IMG/VR virus record: IMGVR_UViG_3300042924_003217
Location: 2,073 to 66,072 of that record
Source: a virus
Taxonomy: Duplodnaviria > Caudoviricetes
Direction: 5' to 3' (one strand)
DNA length: 64,000 bases
Shown here: piece by piece, positions 6,720 through 15,814 of the stretch
Position numbering within the stretch: the stretch's first letter is position 1
How the letters are laid out: each line of letters begins with the position of its first letter
The notes under the pieces: model-generated
The model's database searches: none
The model's input: only the letters and a program-made list of their open reading frames with translations
Told to the model about the DNA's origin: nothing
Made by a program: the position numbers and the translations under genes

Positions 6720-8551
6720 TGGACACCGCAGAACTCAACAACGCTCTCAAGCAGCGCATGAACGACATGGTCTCCATGTTGTACCCGAATGCCAAGGTTC
6801 GCGGGTCGATAGCCCACCTTGGCGGGATTTCGGGTGAGGCTGGCGAGTCGTTCCATATCTACGTCAGTGGCCCCCGTATCGGTTGCTTCATTGACAGGGC
6901 GAACGAAGCCGACAAGGGAGGTACGCCGCTCTACCTGTGGTCAAAGGCCAAAAACATCACGTTCAGCCAAGCCGTCAAAGAAGCCAAAGACTGGCTGGGC
7001 ATCGCAGACAACCACGTCAGCGTGAAGAAAGTGAAGCCGAAGACCTACTCCCAGCCCAATCTGGCAGGGCGAGGGGTCAAGCGACTGGAGCCGGAAACCC
7101 GAGCCATGGACTACCTCGTCATGGAGCGGAAGCTGGACCCGCTGATCCTTCACAAGAACAAGATTGCGGACTGCGACAATGGGGAGGTGATAGTCTTCCC
7201 GTACTTCGATCAGGTGACTGGAGAAAAGCCGCAGGCTTGCCATGTGAAGTATCTCGCGGTCCAGCGCGACGTAGACGGTAAGAAGAAGATGTGGTCTTCT
7301 GACGGCACCAAGCGGTGCTTGTTCGGGAAGCTGGGGATCGGTGAGGATGAGCGGGAGCTTATCATTGCCGAAGGCGAGATCGATGCCCTCAGTTGGCAGT
7401 CTGTAGGTTTGCCTGCGGTCAGCGTGCCCAATGGCGTTGCGGATCAAGAGTGGATCGAATTGGACTGGGAGTGGTTGGAGCGTTTTGAGAAGATCTACAT
7501 CTCGACCGACATGGATGAGCCGGGACGTGAGGCTGCGGAGAAGTTTGCCCGACGCCTTGGCCTGCACCGTTGCTACATCGTCAAGCTGCCGCTCAAGGAC
7601 GCTAATGAGTGCCTCTTAGACGGTATGAGCCGTGACGACTTCATCCGCAACCTAGAGGACGCCAAGCAGATCGATCTTGAGGAAATCAAGTCGGCTGGCG
7701 CGTACACGGACAACGTCTGGAGCCTGTTCGAAGGCAAGAACGGCAACAGCGGTTACCCTGTTCCGTGGGACGGTATCCCGCTGCGAATTCGTCCGGGCGA
7801 GTTCACGGTTGTTTCTGGTTACTCAGGGCACGGTAAGACGCAGATGCTCAATCACCTGATGATTCATCTGACGGCTTTGGGTGCCAAGATCTTCGACGCT
7901 TCGCTTGAGGTTACGCCCAGCAAGACGCTTCAGATGATGACGCGCACTGCGCTGGCCAAGCGATACCCCGACAACAAGCAGGAGCTTGAAGCGTGCATCA
8001 ACTGGCTCAACGAGAGCATGTACTTCTACGACTACGTCGGCATCGCCAACAAGAGCAAGATTCTTGAGGCAATGGCTTACGCCAGAAAGCGGTACGGTAT
8101 CGATGTCTTCGTGATCGACTCCCTGTTCAAGTGCGGGGTGTCCGGTGAGGACTTCAATGGTCAACGCACGTTCATGGACGAACTGACGAGCTTTGCCCGC
8201 GAGACAGGTGCCCACGTCATCTTGGTGGCGCATGCCCGCAAGTCCGAGAACGAGGACAAGGTGCCGACCAAGACCGACATCGCGGGGTCGTCTGACATCA
8301 ACAACTCAGCCTTCAACGTGCTGATCATGTGGCGCAACAAGCTCAAGCAGCGCAAGTATGATGAAGCTGTTGCCAAGGAGGAAGCCATGAAGGCTGTGGA
8401 GATTCAGTCGTGGTACGACGGCAAGCTCCGTCTCGACAAGCAGAAGTTTGGCGAAGGCGAAGAGAAGGACCTCAGCCTGTACTTTGACTCAGTTAGCTGG
8501 CAGTACTGGCCCAAGCAGCACCATCGCCATGCCTACTTCAAGCAAGGTTAG
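6719..8551 (+). CDS. DNA primase-helicase (T7 gp4/Twinkle-like: TOPRIM plus SF4 helicase)
   Basis: EGEIDALS, SVPNG, TDMDEPG, KDANE; Walker A GYSGHGKT, Walker B FVIDSL, LVAH, DIAGS; TAATG overlap. Confidence 0.95.
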   Translation: MDTAELNNALKQRMNDMVSMLYPNAKVRGSIAHLGGISGEAGESFHIYVSGPRIGCFIDRANEADKGGTPLYLWSKAKNITFSQAVKEAKDWLGIADNHVSVKKVKPKTYSQPNLAGRGVKRLEPETRAMDYLVMERKLDPLILHKNKIADCDNGEVIVFPYFDQVTGEKPQACHVKYLAVQRDVDGKKKMWSSDGTKRCLFGKLGIGEDERELIIAEGEIDALSWQSVGLPAVSVPNGVADQEWIELDWEWLERFEKIYISTDMDEPGREAAEKFARRLGLHRCYIVKLPLKDANECLLDGMSRDDFIRNLEDAKQIDLEEIKSAGAYTDNVWSLFEGKNGNSGYPVPWDGIPLRIRPGEFTVVSGYSGHGKTQMLNHLMIHLTALGAKIFDASLEVTPSKTLQMMTRTALAKRYPDNKQELEACINWLNESMYFYDYVGIANKSKILEAMAYARKRYGIDVFVIDSLFKCGVSGEDFNGQRTFMDELTSFARETGAHVILVAHARKSENEDKVPTKTDIAGSSDINNSAFNVLIMWRNKLKQRKYDEAVAKEEAMKAVEIQSWYDGKLRLDKQKFGEGEEKDLSLYFDSVSWQYWPKQHHRHAYFKQG

Positions 8552-8834
8552 GCAGATCAACAGCATACCGGGGGAGCCTCTGCGCTTCTGGGTTGAGTCC
8601 TCAGAAGGCGACATCCCCCACATGGTGGATTTGTTGGAGAAGTCGGGTAACGGAGAATGCTCCTGCCGCGACTTCCAGATCCGCTGTCAGCGCACTTTCA
8701 GGGAAAACGGCAGAAATCGCGTCGAGTACGGAGACCCTGACCGCACACGATGCAAACACATCAACGCAGTATGTCTGTTCCTAGCGAACAGAGTCATCGA
8801 GGAAGTGAAAAATGAACACAGCAAAAGTAATTAA
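8529..8834 (+). CDS. SWIM zinc-finger protein
   Basis: CSCRDF...CKH motif. Confidence 0.8.
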   Translation: MPTSSKVRQINSIPGEPLRFWVESSEGDIPHMVDLLEKSGNGECSCRDFQIRCQRTFRENGRNRVEYGDPDRTRCKHINAVCLFLANRVIEEVKNEHSKSN

Positions 8835-9354
8835 GGCAGCTATCGCCATGATTGTAGTCGCAGTCATGATCAACGTGGTTTGGTCGTCCAACAAGCCTAT
8901 CAAACAATGGCCTAAGGTAACAGAGGTGGACGAGCAAAAGATGCTGGAGAGCATCCGGCAGATCGAGAACAGCGGCTGGAGAACTGGTGCGCGGGGCGAG
9001 AAAGGTCCCTACCAGATTCATCCGAATACGTGGGACGAGCACTGCAACATTCCGGTTAGCTTGGCACCCAAGTCCTACCACGACAGGATTGCCCTCAGCA
9101 TCCTGCGCCAGTTTGGTAGCATCTTGCGTAAGCGTAACATAGAAGTTAATGCATATAATCTTGCATTAGCTTGGTGCAGTGGCCCATATTACAAAAAGCC
9201 GAGCAGCAGAGCGGTTAGCTACGCTTCCCGGCTCAGGAACTACTATGAGTCGATAAATGAAAGCCAGTATTCTCAATCGCAGCAACTGCCCGGAGTGCGG
9301 TACAAGCTTGCTGGGGAACGTGATTCCCGAAGCTTTGCGCAAGGAGTACGGTAA
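8812..9354 (+). CDS. Lytic transglycosylase/lysozyme-like protein with N-terminal membrane anchor (candidate endolysin)
   Basis: Hydrophobic N-terminus; IRQIENSG...G..G.YQI...TW lysozyme-like motif. Confidence 0.7.
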   Translation: MNTAKVIKAAIAMIVVAVMINVVWSSNKPIKQWPKVTEVDEQKMLESIRQIENSGWRTGARGEKGPYQIHPNTWDEHCNIPVSLAPKSYHDRIALSILRQFGSILRKRNIEVNAYNLALAWCSGPYYKKPSSRAVSYASRLRNYYESINESQYSQSQQLPGVRYKLAGERDSRSFAQGVR

Positions 9355-9472
9355 CCGTGAACGATTCACCCGACTTGTTGAAGTCCACGACTGGAACCGA
9401 AAGAGGATTGTTGGATGGGAGTGTCCCGATTGTGGGGCGAACTTCAGCAATGATCACAATCGGAATCGATAA
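9257..9472 (+). CDS. Small zinc-ribbon protein
   Basis: CPECG and WECPDCG. Confidence 0.65.
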   Translation: MKASILNRSNCPECGTSLLGNVIPEALRKEYGNRERFTRLVEVHDWNRKRIVGWECPDCGANFSNDHNRNR

Positions 9473-9917
9473 CGGCACGTCGGGGTCTTGGTCCGTCCTT
9501 GGGAACGGGTGGGTGTACTTTGCGCCCGTTCCCACTAAGATGTCCCTGTTGGGGAGGATGGAGCGCCGGATCACCCGTATCGATGTGCCGCCGTTATTGC
9601 AAACCCTCATAAAAAGCAAGGGAGACAGGGCTTACGTGGAGCGTCCGTTCACAGGGAGGTTCCTGAATGCCGTGCTGCCTGCGCAAAGGGCCTTTGAAGC
9701 CGTTTTAATCGCCTTAGAGACCGCAGGGGTGCCTTATGAGGTGATCGACAGCAAAGTCTGGCAAAAGCCAATGCTTGGGGCCGTAAAGGGCTCTGAGAAC
9801 CTAAAGCGGGCCAGCATGGAGCTTGGCATCAAACTGTACCCTCAGTTGTCCTATCAGATCACCAAGCACGGGGATGCGGATGGACTACTGATTGCGCATT
9901 ACTTCAGCTATCGGTAA
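9450..9917 (+). CDS. RuvC-like Holliday junction resolvase
   Basis: IGIDNG, YVE, W, ADGLLIA catalytic pattern. Confidence 0.8.
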   Translation: MITIGIDNGTSGSWSVLGNGWVYFAPVPTKMSLLGRMERRITRIDVPPLLQTLIKSKGDRAYVERPFTGRFLNAVLPAQRAFEAVLIALETAGVPYEVIDSKVWQKPMLGAVKGSENLKRASMELGIKLYPQLSYQITKHGDADGLLIAHYFSYR

Positions 9918-9929
9918 ACTGCCGGGGCT

Positions 9930-10142
9930 GTGGTAGATGCCCCAAAGTTCAACATTGGCGACCTTGTCTATCACCGGACAGAGGACATTCCCGGCATCGT
10001 GATCGCCATGATCTACCGCCCCACAGGCATGCTGTATCAGGTAGTTTGGCAAGGGCGGATCACGGAAGACCACTACGAGGTGGAGTTGACCACCGAAAAG
10101 CCGTTCTTCGTCAGTAGCGGTGCGGATACTGAGGAAGCTTAG
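9930..10142 (+). CDS. Small SH3-like hypothetical protein
   Basis: PKFNIGDLVYH...G.V...Y.V.W pattern. Confidence 0.6.
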   Translation: MVDAPKFNIGDLVYHRTEDIPGIVIAMIYRPTGMLYQVVWQGRITEDHYEVELTTEKPFFVSSGADTEEA

Positions 10143-10147
10143 TATGC

Positions 10148-10177
10148 TTGACACGCAGGCACCAGCTATTGTATGCT
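10148..10177 (+). promoter_or_regulatory. Sigma70-like promoter
   Basis: TTGACA-N18-TATGCT. Confidence 0.6.
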
Positions 10178-10243
10178 TTACGCATAGTTTAGGACTAAGC
10201 CGTGTTATTGGCGCGGCAACGGTTGCGCAACCTGTCCAGAACG

Positions 10244-10278
10244 CCTCCTGTACGCACTGTGCAGGAGGTTTTCTTTTT
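10244..10278 (+). terminator. Rho-independent terminator
   Basis: CCTCCTGTAC/GTGCAGGAGG stem followed by TTTTCTTTTT. Confidence 0.8.
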
Positions 10279-10313
10279 GCGGTAGGCGCTTGTGGTATGA
10301 TCGCCCCTACGCA

Positions 10314-11150
10314 ATGAACCGACTATTCTTCGATTTAGAAACCTCGCCAAACATCGTGTTGAGTTGGCGGGTGGGCAGGAAGATCAACATCGACCACGAC
10401 AACGTTCTTAGAGAGCGATCTATCATCTGCATCGGCTACAAGTGGGAGAATGACAAGAAAGCCCACGGTTTGGTCTGGGACGGGAAGCAAGACGACAAGG
10501 CGATGCTCAAGGAGTTCGTGGAGATCGCGAACATGGCTGACGAGCTTGTTGCGCACAACGGGGACCGATTTGACCTGCCGTGGATTCGAACCCGCTGCAT
10601 CTTCCACGGGATCCCGATGTTCCCCAGTTACAAGACGATTGACACGTTGCAGTGGGCGCGGCGCAGGTTCCTGTTCAACAGCAACCGTCTCGACTACCTT
10701 GGCAAGTTCCTTGGCGTTGGCGGCAAGATCAAGACCGAGTTCGACCTATGGAAGCGCATCACGCTCGATAACGACCGCGAGGCGCTTGAGCGGATGCTGG
10801 TGTACTGCAAACGCGACGTGCAGATGCTACAGGAGGTGTACAACAAGCTGGCCCAGCAGGCGCCCCACCACAGCCACGTTGGTGTGATGGAAGGTTTGGA
10901 TAAATGGACCTCACCGTTCAACGGTGGCAAAAATGTGGTGCTATCGAAGCACGTTGTGTCGGCTTACGGGACGCGCAAACACCGCATGCAGTGTCTCGAC
11001 ACGGGTCGCTACTTCACCATCAGCGACAAATCCTTCTCCGACTACCGGGAATGGCGCAAAGACAAGGACGACAAAGCGAAGAAGCTTACTGCTTCGACTC
11101 GCGGTTCCACTTCCACAGCAGGTACAAAATGCCGAGCAGACCGGCGATGA
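10314..11150 (+). CDS. Stand-alone DnaQ-like (RNase_H_2/DEDDy) 3'-5' exonuclease
   Basis: FDLET, AHNGDRFD, IDT, LDYL, YCKRDV; extended -10 TGGTATGAT upstream. Confidence 0.9.
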   Translation: MNRLFFDLETSPNIVLSWRVGRKINIDHDNVLRERSIICIGYKWENDKKAHGLVWDGKQDDKAMLKEFVEIANMADELVAHNGDRFDLPWIRTRCIFHGIPMFPSYKTIDTLQWARRRFLFNSNRLDYLGKFLGVGGKIKTEFDLWKRITLDNDREALERMLVYCKRDVQMLQEVYNKLAQQAPHHSHVGVMEGLDKWTSPFNGGKNVVLSKHVVSAYGTRKHRMQCLDTGRYFTISDKSFSDYREWRKDKDDKAKKLTASTRGSTSTAGTKCRADRR

Positions 11151-11253
11151 TTCCGACAAGCTGATTGATGACGCCCAAGGCGGCGGAACTAACCGCTGGT
11201 ACTGCGGCTGCGATTAGGTCTTTGACCGTGAGGTGCATGTGGTTGTTGTCCAT
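11086..11253 (-). CDS. Small membrane protein, holin-like (55 aa, absent from the ORF track)
   Basis: MDNNHMHLTVKDLIAAAVPAVSSAALGVINQLVGIIAGLLGILYLLWKWNRESKQ; hydrophobic segments with charged tail, downstream of holin-like gene. Confidence 0.6.
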   Translation of the reverse strand: MDNNHMHLTVKDLIAAAVPAVSSAALGVINQLVGIIAGLLGILYLLWKWNRESKQ

Positions 11254-11281
11254 GTTACCTTTTCATTGTTATCAGGACAAC

Positions 11282-11722
11282 TTATTTGGTGCCGTAAATT
11301 TGCCGTTGGAACCGGATGCCGAGCCAGAAGTAGCCGCACGCGAAGCAGAAGCTGACGATCTCCGGTTGCAGTGCGCCCAACTTGTCCTGTGGCAGCGTCC
11401 AGATGTACCAGCACGCACCAAACACCATTGCAGGCCTCACAAGCCGCGTTACCGCCTCAACGCAGGTGAAGACCCAGTGCATGGCCATGGATGCGTTAGC
11501 GGGCGGCTGGTAGCTGCTGCCGATGGCCCCTTCCTGTGCCTTGCGGAAGGCCTCAAGCTCACCAATCGCGATGTCGCGCTCCTTGAGGGCTTGCAATTCC
11601 GCGATGCGTCGCTTGGCTGCGGACCACTCCTTTGCCTCACCGGCAACAACCGACAGTAGCTGGGTGAAGCCACCAAGCAGGGTGCCACCAGCAGCGGATG
11701 CGAGGAACGAGATGAGGCTCAT
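11282..11722 (-). CDS. Putative holin (3-TM holin-like)
   Basis: Hydrophobic segments; LVRP and YFWLGIR motifs. Confidence 0.65.
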   Translation of the reverse strand: MSLISFLASAAGGTLLGGFTQLLSVVAGEAKEWSAAKRRIAELQALKERDIAIGELEAFRKAQEGAIGSSYQPPANASMAMHWVFTCVEAVTRLVRPAMVFGACWYIWTLPQDKLGALQPEIVSFCFACGYFWLGIRFQRQIYGTK

Positions 11723-11725
11723 GGC

Positions 11726-11968
11726 TTAGCACTTCCAAGCTTTGCGCGACCAGTAGTTAGCCGAGAACTTGTCACCGGTGCCCTTGATGCCGCCTGAACG
11801 TGCGCAGTAGGACGCCTTCCGTTCCGGCTGGCTGAGCTTGATGCTCATGTTGGCGTCGCCAAACCGCACGACCTTGCTCTGCCCGTCCTTGCAGGCGCGT
11901 ACAACCGACTTCTTGCCGCCCTGTACGTCACGACGGGGCTGGTTGCAGGGGAGTTTCTTGGCGTTCAT
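11726..11968 (-). CDS. Conserved small basic phage protein
   Basis: KVVRFGD...RKASYCARS...SANYWS..W motif. Confidence 0.75.
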   Translation of the reverse strand: MNAKKLPCNQPRRDVQGGKKSVVRACKDGQSKVVRFGDANMSIKLSQPERKASYCARSGGIKGTGDKFSANYWSRKAWKC

Positions 11969-12212
11969 GATTCGGTGGGGTTGATCGGATTTGTGCGGTG
12001 GACGTTTTCCAGTTTATCGCAAGGAACCCGTAGCAGCAAATGTTATAATCGACATCATTTGCGTCTTTCTCGCTTTTAACGGGTACGTTGATGTCTAAGT
12101 GTTTGCAGACGTACTCCTGATTGTCGTTTTCAAAGACCCGCCACACGTGATCAACCGACCCGCGACCGGGAAGGCCACGGGTCTTGTTGAAGCGTATGGC
12201 GTACTTGTTCAC
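11928..12212 (-). CDS. Hypothetical protein
   Basis: GTGA overlap in late operon. Confidence 0.65.
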   Translation of the reverse strand: MNKYAIRFNKTRGLPGRGSVDHVWRVFENDNQEYVCKHLDINVPVKSEKDANDVDYNICCYGFLAINWKTSTAQIRSTPPNHERQETPLQPAPS

Positions 12213-12595
12213 TCAGGCTTCTGCGGCCAGACGGGGTCCGTAGGGAAGCTGGGTTGCAGGCGGATCTCACGCAGCACGCGCCGGTACTCGATCCACGCTG
12301 CTTTATCCCCAGACGACATCGGCACGTCAGGCAACATGGACCAATCAGACTCCGCAAGGAGGCGCTTTGCGCGATCCCACACCAGTTCAGCAGGCGTGGA
12401 CGGTGTCGGCAACGCAGGACCATCACCCACTTCGAACCAGCCGAGGTCCGTGTACGGCTCGCCCAGCCAACTCAGGTCATTGAGTCGGTCGGCAAAACCA
12501 GAGAGCCCGAAAATCGGACCCCAGTTTTCAGGCAGCGGTTGCGGCTCGCTTAATACGGTGCCGTCTTTGCGGTTTTTGAGTTGCCACAGTTTCAT
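12209..12595 (-). CDS. Tail fibre assembly chaperone-like protein
   Basis: LLAESDW..LPD.P...W..YR..LR.I...FP....WP..P. Confidence 0.85.
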   Translation of the reverse strand: MKLWQLKNRKDGTVLSEPQPLPENWGPIFGLSGFADRLNDLSWLGEPYTDLGWFEVGDGPALPTPSTPAELVWDRAKRLLAESDWSMLPDVPMSSGDKAAWIEYRRVLREIRLQPSFPTDPVWPQKPE

Positions 12596-13046
12596 TGGAA
12601 TCCTTTGGGGGTGGTAGGGCTAGTCCGGGTTGTTGATCAGGAGGCGGCAGCACTTGGCCTTTCGACTGGTGCGGTGCCATATCGTTAGAGTGCGGCGGAT
12701 GACCGACGCCGGGAAGCGATTGCACGCCGCGATAGTGCGCTAGTTCCTCTGGCGTGTACTTCCAGTCGCGCCAGCTTGCAAAGTCACGACGCGGCAGCAT
12801 CTGCAAGTGACAGCCGATCTGTGCGGAAAGCTGGTGAATCAGCTCAACCACTTCGACTGGTTGCAGGATGATGAAAGTGTTGCTGCCGTCAGCACGGCGC
12901 ATCGCGACCTCAATCGTGCCACCACCGCACGTCCCGACCGTGATCGAGCGTGCGCGATTCAGTCCTTCGCTGACGCCGTTTAGATGCGTGCGCAGCGTAG
13001 CCTCATCGATCTTCTTCTGAATGGCTTTTTTTACTGCGGGTTCCAT
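12528..13046 (-). CDS. Hypothetical protein
   Basis: Likely start MEPAV at 13046; upstream in-frame part is a shadow of the Gly-rich gene. Confidence 0.6.
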   Translation of the reverse strand: MEPAVKKAIQKKIDEATLRTHLNGVSEGLNRARSITVGTCGGGTIEVAMRRADGSNTFIILQPVEVVELIHQLSAQIGCHLQMLPRRDFASWRDWKYTPEELAHYRGVQSLPGVGHPPHSNDMAPHQSKGQVLPPPDQQPGLALPPPKDSNETVATQKPQRRHRIKRAATAA

Positions 13047-14056
13047 GACACGTTCACAAATCCGCCGCCGCCTTGAATTGTGATTGGATAGCTTGTGCCG
13101 CCTGTTACTGGGACGCAGTTGTAGACTGTGGCTGCTGGTGCTGCGCTGCCTGCATTGCCGGGATTGGCGGGATTGCCTGCGTTGCCGCGCCCGCCACCAC
13201 CGCCGCCACCACCACCAATTCCAAGATTTCCGCATCCGGCCCCACCACCACCGCCTGCGCCTGCCCTTCCGGTGCCTCCTCCACCGCTATTGCCGGGAGC
13301 ATTTGATCCAGAATTTCCTCCTGTACCGCCTCCGTTACTTCCACCGGCCCCACCTAAACCCGGAGTTCCTATAATGTTAGTACCGCCCGGAGAACCAGAA
13401 TTGCACGTTCCAGCACCACCACCCCCTCCACCGCCTTTTTGGCAATATGATTGACCGAAACCGCCGTCTCCGCCTCCGGGAACTCCTCCGTTTCCGCCAC
13501 AGCCTCTTGATTGATAACAAGCAACTGGTCCGCCTTGATAATAATTACCTCTGGTTCCTTTTTGCCCGTAAGCGCCACCAGTTCCTCCGTTTCCAGCAGT
13601 TCCTCCATTTCCACCTAATCCGCCAGAAAAAGTGTAATTAAATGCACTTGAGTTTCTGGTTGTACCCGCGCTTCCAGTACTGCCAGTTCCTCCACTGTAC
13701 CCTGTTTGCCCATTGTTCCCGTCGCATCTCAAGCCACCGGTTCCACCAATTGCTCCTAAAGTATTGTTTCCTCCATTACCTCCGCTTGTACTAGGAAAAC
13801 AATTACATGAGCAGTAGTAACAACAAGTAAAATACCATTTTTTGACACCGCCGCCACCTCCGCCACCTGCCCCGCCCCCACAGCCTCCCGGATTTCCGGG
13901 ATTTCCGGGATTTCCAGTGCCACCACGACCAACAACGGTTACTTTACTAACGCCAACCGGAGCAGTAAAAGTCCCGCTTGTGTTGTAGGTCGTAGAACCT
14001 CCCGGCACAAGCGCCTTACCTCCGAACAAGTTAACTTTAGGTGTTCCAGCGGGCAT
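13031..14056 (-). CDS. Glycine-rich tail/fibre protein
   Basis: TSGTFTAPVGVSKVTV..GGG...V.VTGGTSYPITI frame enclosing a Gly-rich core with GNP repeats and a Cys cluster. Confidence 0.8.
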   Translation of the reverse strand: MPAGTPKVNLFGGKALVPGGSTTYNTSGTFTAPVGVSKVTVVGRGGTGNPGNPGNPGGCGGGAGGGGGGGVKKWYFTCCYYCSCNCFPSTSGGNGGNNTLGAIGGTGGLRCDGNNGQTGYSGGTGSTGSAGTTRNSSAFNYTFSGGLGGNGGTAGNGGTGGAYGQKGTRGNYYQGGPVACYQSRGCGGNGGVPGGGDGGFGQSYCQKGGGGGGGAGTCNSGSPGGTNIIGTPGLGGAGGSNGGGTGGNSGSNAPGNSGGGGTGRAGAGGGGGAGCGNLGIGGGGGGGGGRGNAGNPANPGNAGSAAPAATVYNCVPVTGGTSYPITIQGGGGFVNVSWNPQ

Positions 14057-14061
14057 GATGT

Positions 14062-14658
14062 TTACTCGTAGTAGAACCAACCGGTGACGATGTATTTGCT
14101 GCGCTGACCAAAAACCGTGTTGCCGCGATGCGCGTGCGTGAACGCAGCAGGCCAGATCAGCATCAAATTCTCCTGCGGCTTAATGCGGCACTGCTGATAC
14201 AAGAACTCTGTTTCGCCAGCCTCCTCCGGTTCAAGCGTGTTCAGATAGACCATGTACGCCAGCACGCGAGCCGAGTGCGCTCCGTTGCCCTGTTCGCCGT
14301 GCCAGACGTGATAGCCACCACCCGGATCAGTGCGCTGCATCTTCATCGCAGTGCCGGTGATCTTGTCGTTCTTCAGGATCGAGTACTGCTCGGCGTAGAT
14401 GTCGTAACACTTTTGAAGACCGGCAAAGAACAGGTCCGTTGCATTCTTGCCCTCAAACGCTGCGACGTTGTGAACGCCGAAGTTCAGGCCAAGCTGCATA
14501 TCGTTCTTGCGATGCTTGGCTGCGCCTTCGCTCTGCTGCCGGTTGCTGCCCGCTCCAGATTGCACCAGACGCTCAAACTCGCTGATCAGGTGCTTGCAGT
14601 AGCCCTCTGGGTAGAGGTCATGAAAGCTGCCAATGAAGTCTTTGAATTCGGCTCTCAT
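14062..14658 (-). CDS. 2OG-Fe(II) oxygenase (prolyl-hydroxylase-like)
   Basis: WHGE, YLN...GETEF, WPA.FTH.HRG, KYIVTGW. Confidence 0.9.
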   Translation of the reverse strand: MRAEFKDFIGSFHDLYPEGYCKHLISEFERLVQSGAGSNRQQSEGAAKHRKNDMQLGLNFGVHNVAAFEGKNATDLFFAGLQKCYDIYAEQYSILKNDKITGTAMKMQRTDPGGGYHVWHGEQGNGAHSARVLAYMVYLNTLEPEEAGETEFLYQQCRIKPQENLMLIWPAAFTHAHRGNTVFGQRSKYIVTGWFYYE

Positions 14659-15236
14659 CGAAATGCGGGTCCGCTGACCCAAGAAACAAGGGATTGACGA
14701 CTGCCGCTCGTTACTGGCGTGACTTGGTGAAGAACGTAGGACGGGAAAGCCGCAATGAGGCCGCGCTGCTTGCGCACGTTCATTGCTTCGCCACCCGTCA
14801 TCACCTGCAAGTTGCCGCCATCGTACTCGCTCGGATCGGTAAGCTGCACCACCAGACTCAGCTTGCGGCTGATCTTGGCGTTGTAGTCCTGATGCCAGCC
14901 GTAGGTTCCGGCGTCCGAGCCGTCGTAGTTCGTTAGCTGCAACTGCTCGCCAAAGCCAGTCAGATCAAAGCGGAAGTGCTGCGCGTTCAATGACGACGCA
15001 ACGTGCGCGAGCTTCTCGAAAATCCACGCCGTGTCTTGCGTCTTGCCGAGCCACGAAACATTTGATCGACGCACCTTGCGCAGTGACTCCTCATCCTTGG
15101 CTCCGCCAATCTGCGCCTGCGTGTCGGCGTTCTTGGCCTGCTCTTGCAGCCAGTTTAGCTCCTTCTCGGAGAACGCGCCTTCCCACCAAGCGTATGGCTC
15201 AATGTTGGCGGCGTAAGGTGTTAGCAGATGATGCAT
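14655..15236 (-). CDS. 2OG-Fe(II) oxygenase (PKHD/P4H-like)
   Basis: WHQD, RKLS...L.D..EYDGG, FPS..LH.VTPVT.G.R.SLV.W. Confidence 0.92.
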   Translation of the reverse strand: MHHLLTPYAANIEPYAWWEGAFSEKELNWLQEQAKNADTQAQIGGAKDEESLRKVRRSNVSWLGKTQDTAWIFEKLAHVASSLNAQHFRFDLTGFGEQLQLTNYDGSDAGTYGWHQDYNAKISRKLSLVVQLTDPSEYDGGNLQVMTGGEAMNVRKQRGLIAAFPSYVLHQVTPVTSGSRQSLVSWVSGPAFR

Positions 15237-15814
15237 GAACGGTCTTTGTGCGACACCATGAAGTGTACGCACCGCGTGGGGGTTTCAGATTGATTTGGGA
15301 AAAGCTGATGCTGAAGCCATGAATTGCCGAAGAATACCGACCCCGGCTTAACGTTGTTGAAGTGAATGGCTCGCGTTGCGTTGCTTACTTCTTCGGTCTG
15401 CTCGAAATCAAGCTCGACCATGGCTTTGTTGATGCGCGTATCGTGATAAACGGGATAAGAGCCGCCTTCTGGTGTTTCTAGGAAGAACCATCCGCATACT
15501 TGGGTGTTGCGATGAACGTGTACATCGGTTCCGCCGCCACGGTTCAGTTCTTGCGCCCAAAATCCTGACAGATGGAAGTCGTACTTTTCCGTGCTGTACC
15601 CTTGGTCCCGCAAGAACCCGACCGCCGACAGGAGCAGGTAGTCCGACAATTCCCGCAGGGCCGATTCTTGTCCGAGGTGGATTGTTTGACTGATGGGGCG
15701 GTTGGGTTGACGCACTTCTTCCAAACGCCTGAGGCACGTGCCCAACACTTTCCCCACCAGATCGGGACGTTCATCGCGATAGATGATTACCGGGAAATAC
15801 GCGAAGCCTTCCAT
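15221..15814 (-). CDS. Putative 2OG-Fe(II) oxygenase (HxH type)
   Basis: HVH, GWFFL, SWLQH...N...R pattern. Confidence 0.8.
   Translation of the reverse strand: MEGFAYFPVIIYRDERPDLVGKVLGTCLRRLEEVRQPNRPISQTIHLGQESALRELSDYLLLSAVGFLRDQGYSTEKYDFHLSGFWAQELNRGGGTDVHVHRNTQVCGWFFLETPEGGSYPVYHDTRINKAMVELDFEQTEEVSNATRAIHFNNVKPGSVFFGNSWLQHQLFPNQSETPTRCVHFMVSHKDRSCIIC

Noticed and set aside
10199-10207. GCCGTGTTA shared with the tRNA-Thr 5' end as an att site
   Set aside because: Only 9 nt, compatible with chance; no integrase seen.
14062-15814. TET/JBP-type DNA hypermodification pathway
   Set aside because: Motifs are prolyl-hydroxylase-like, and no cytosine methyltransferase or hydroxymethylase is seen; not preferred, though not fully excluded.
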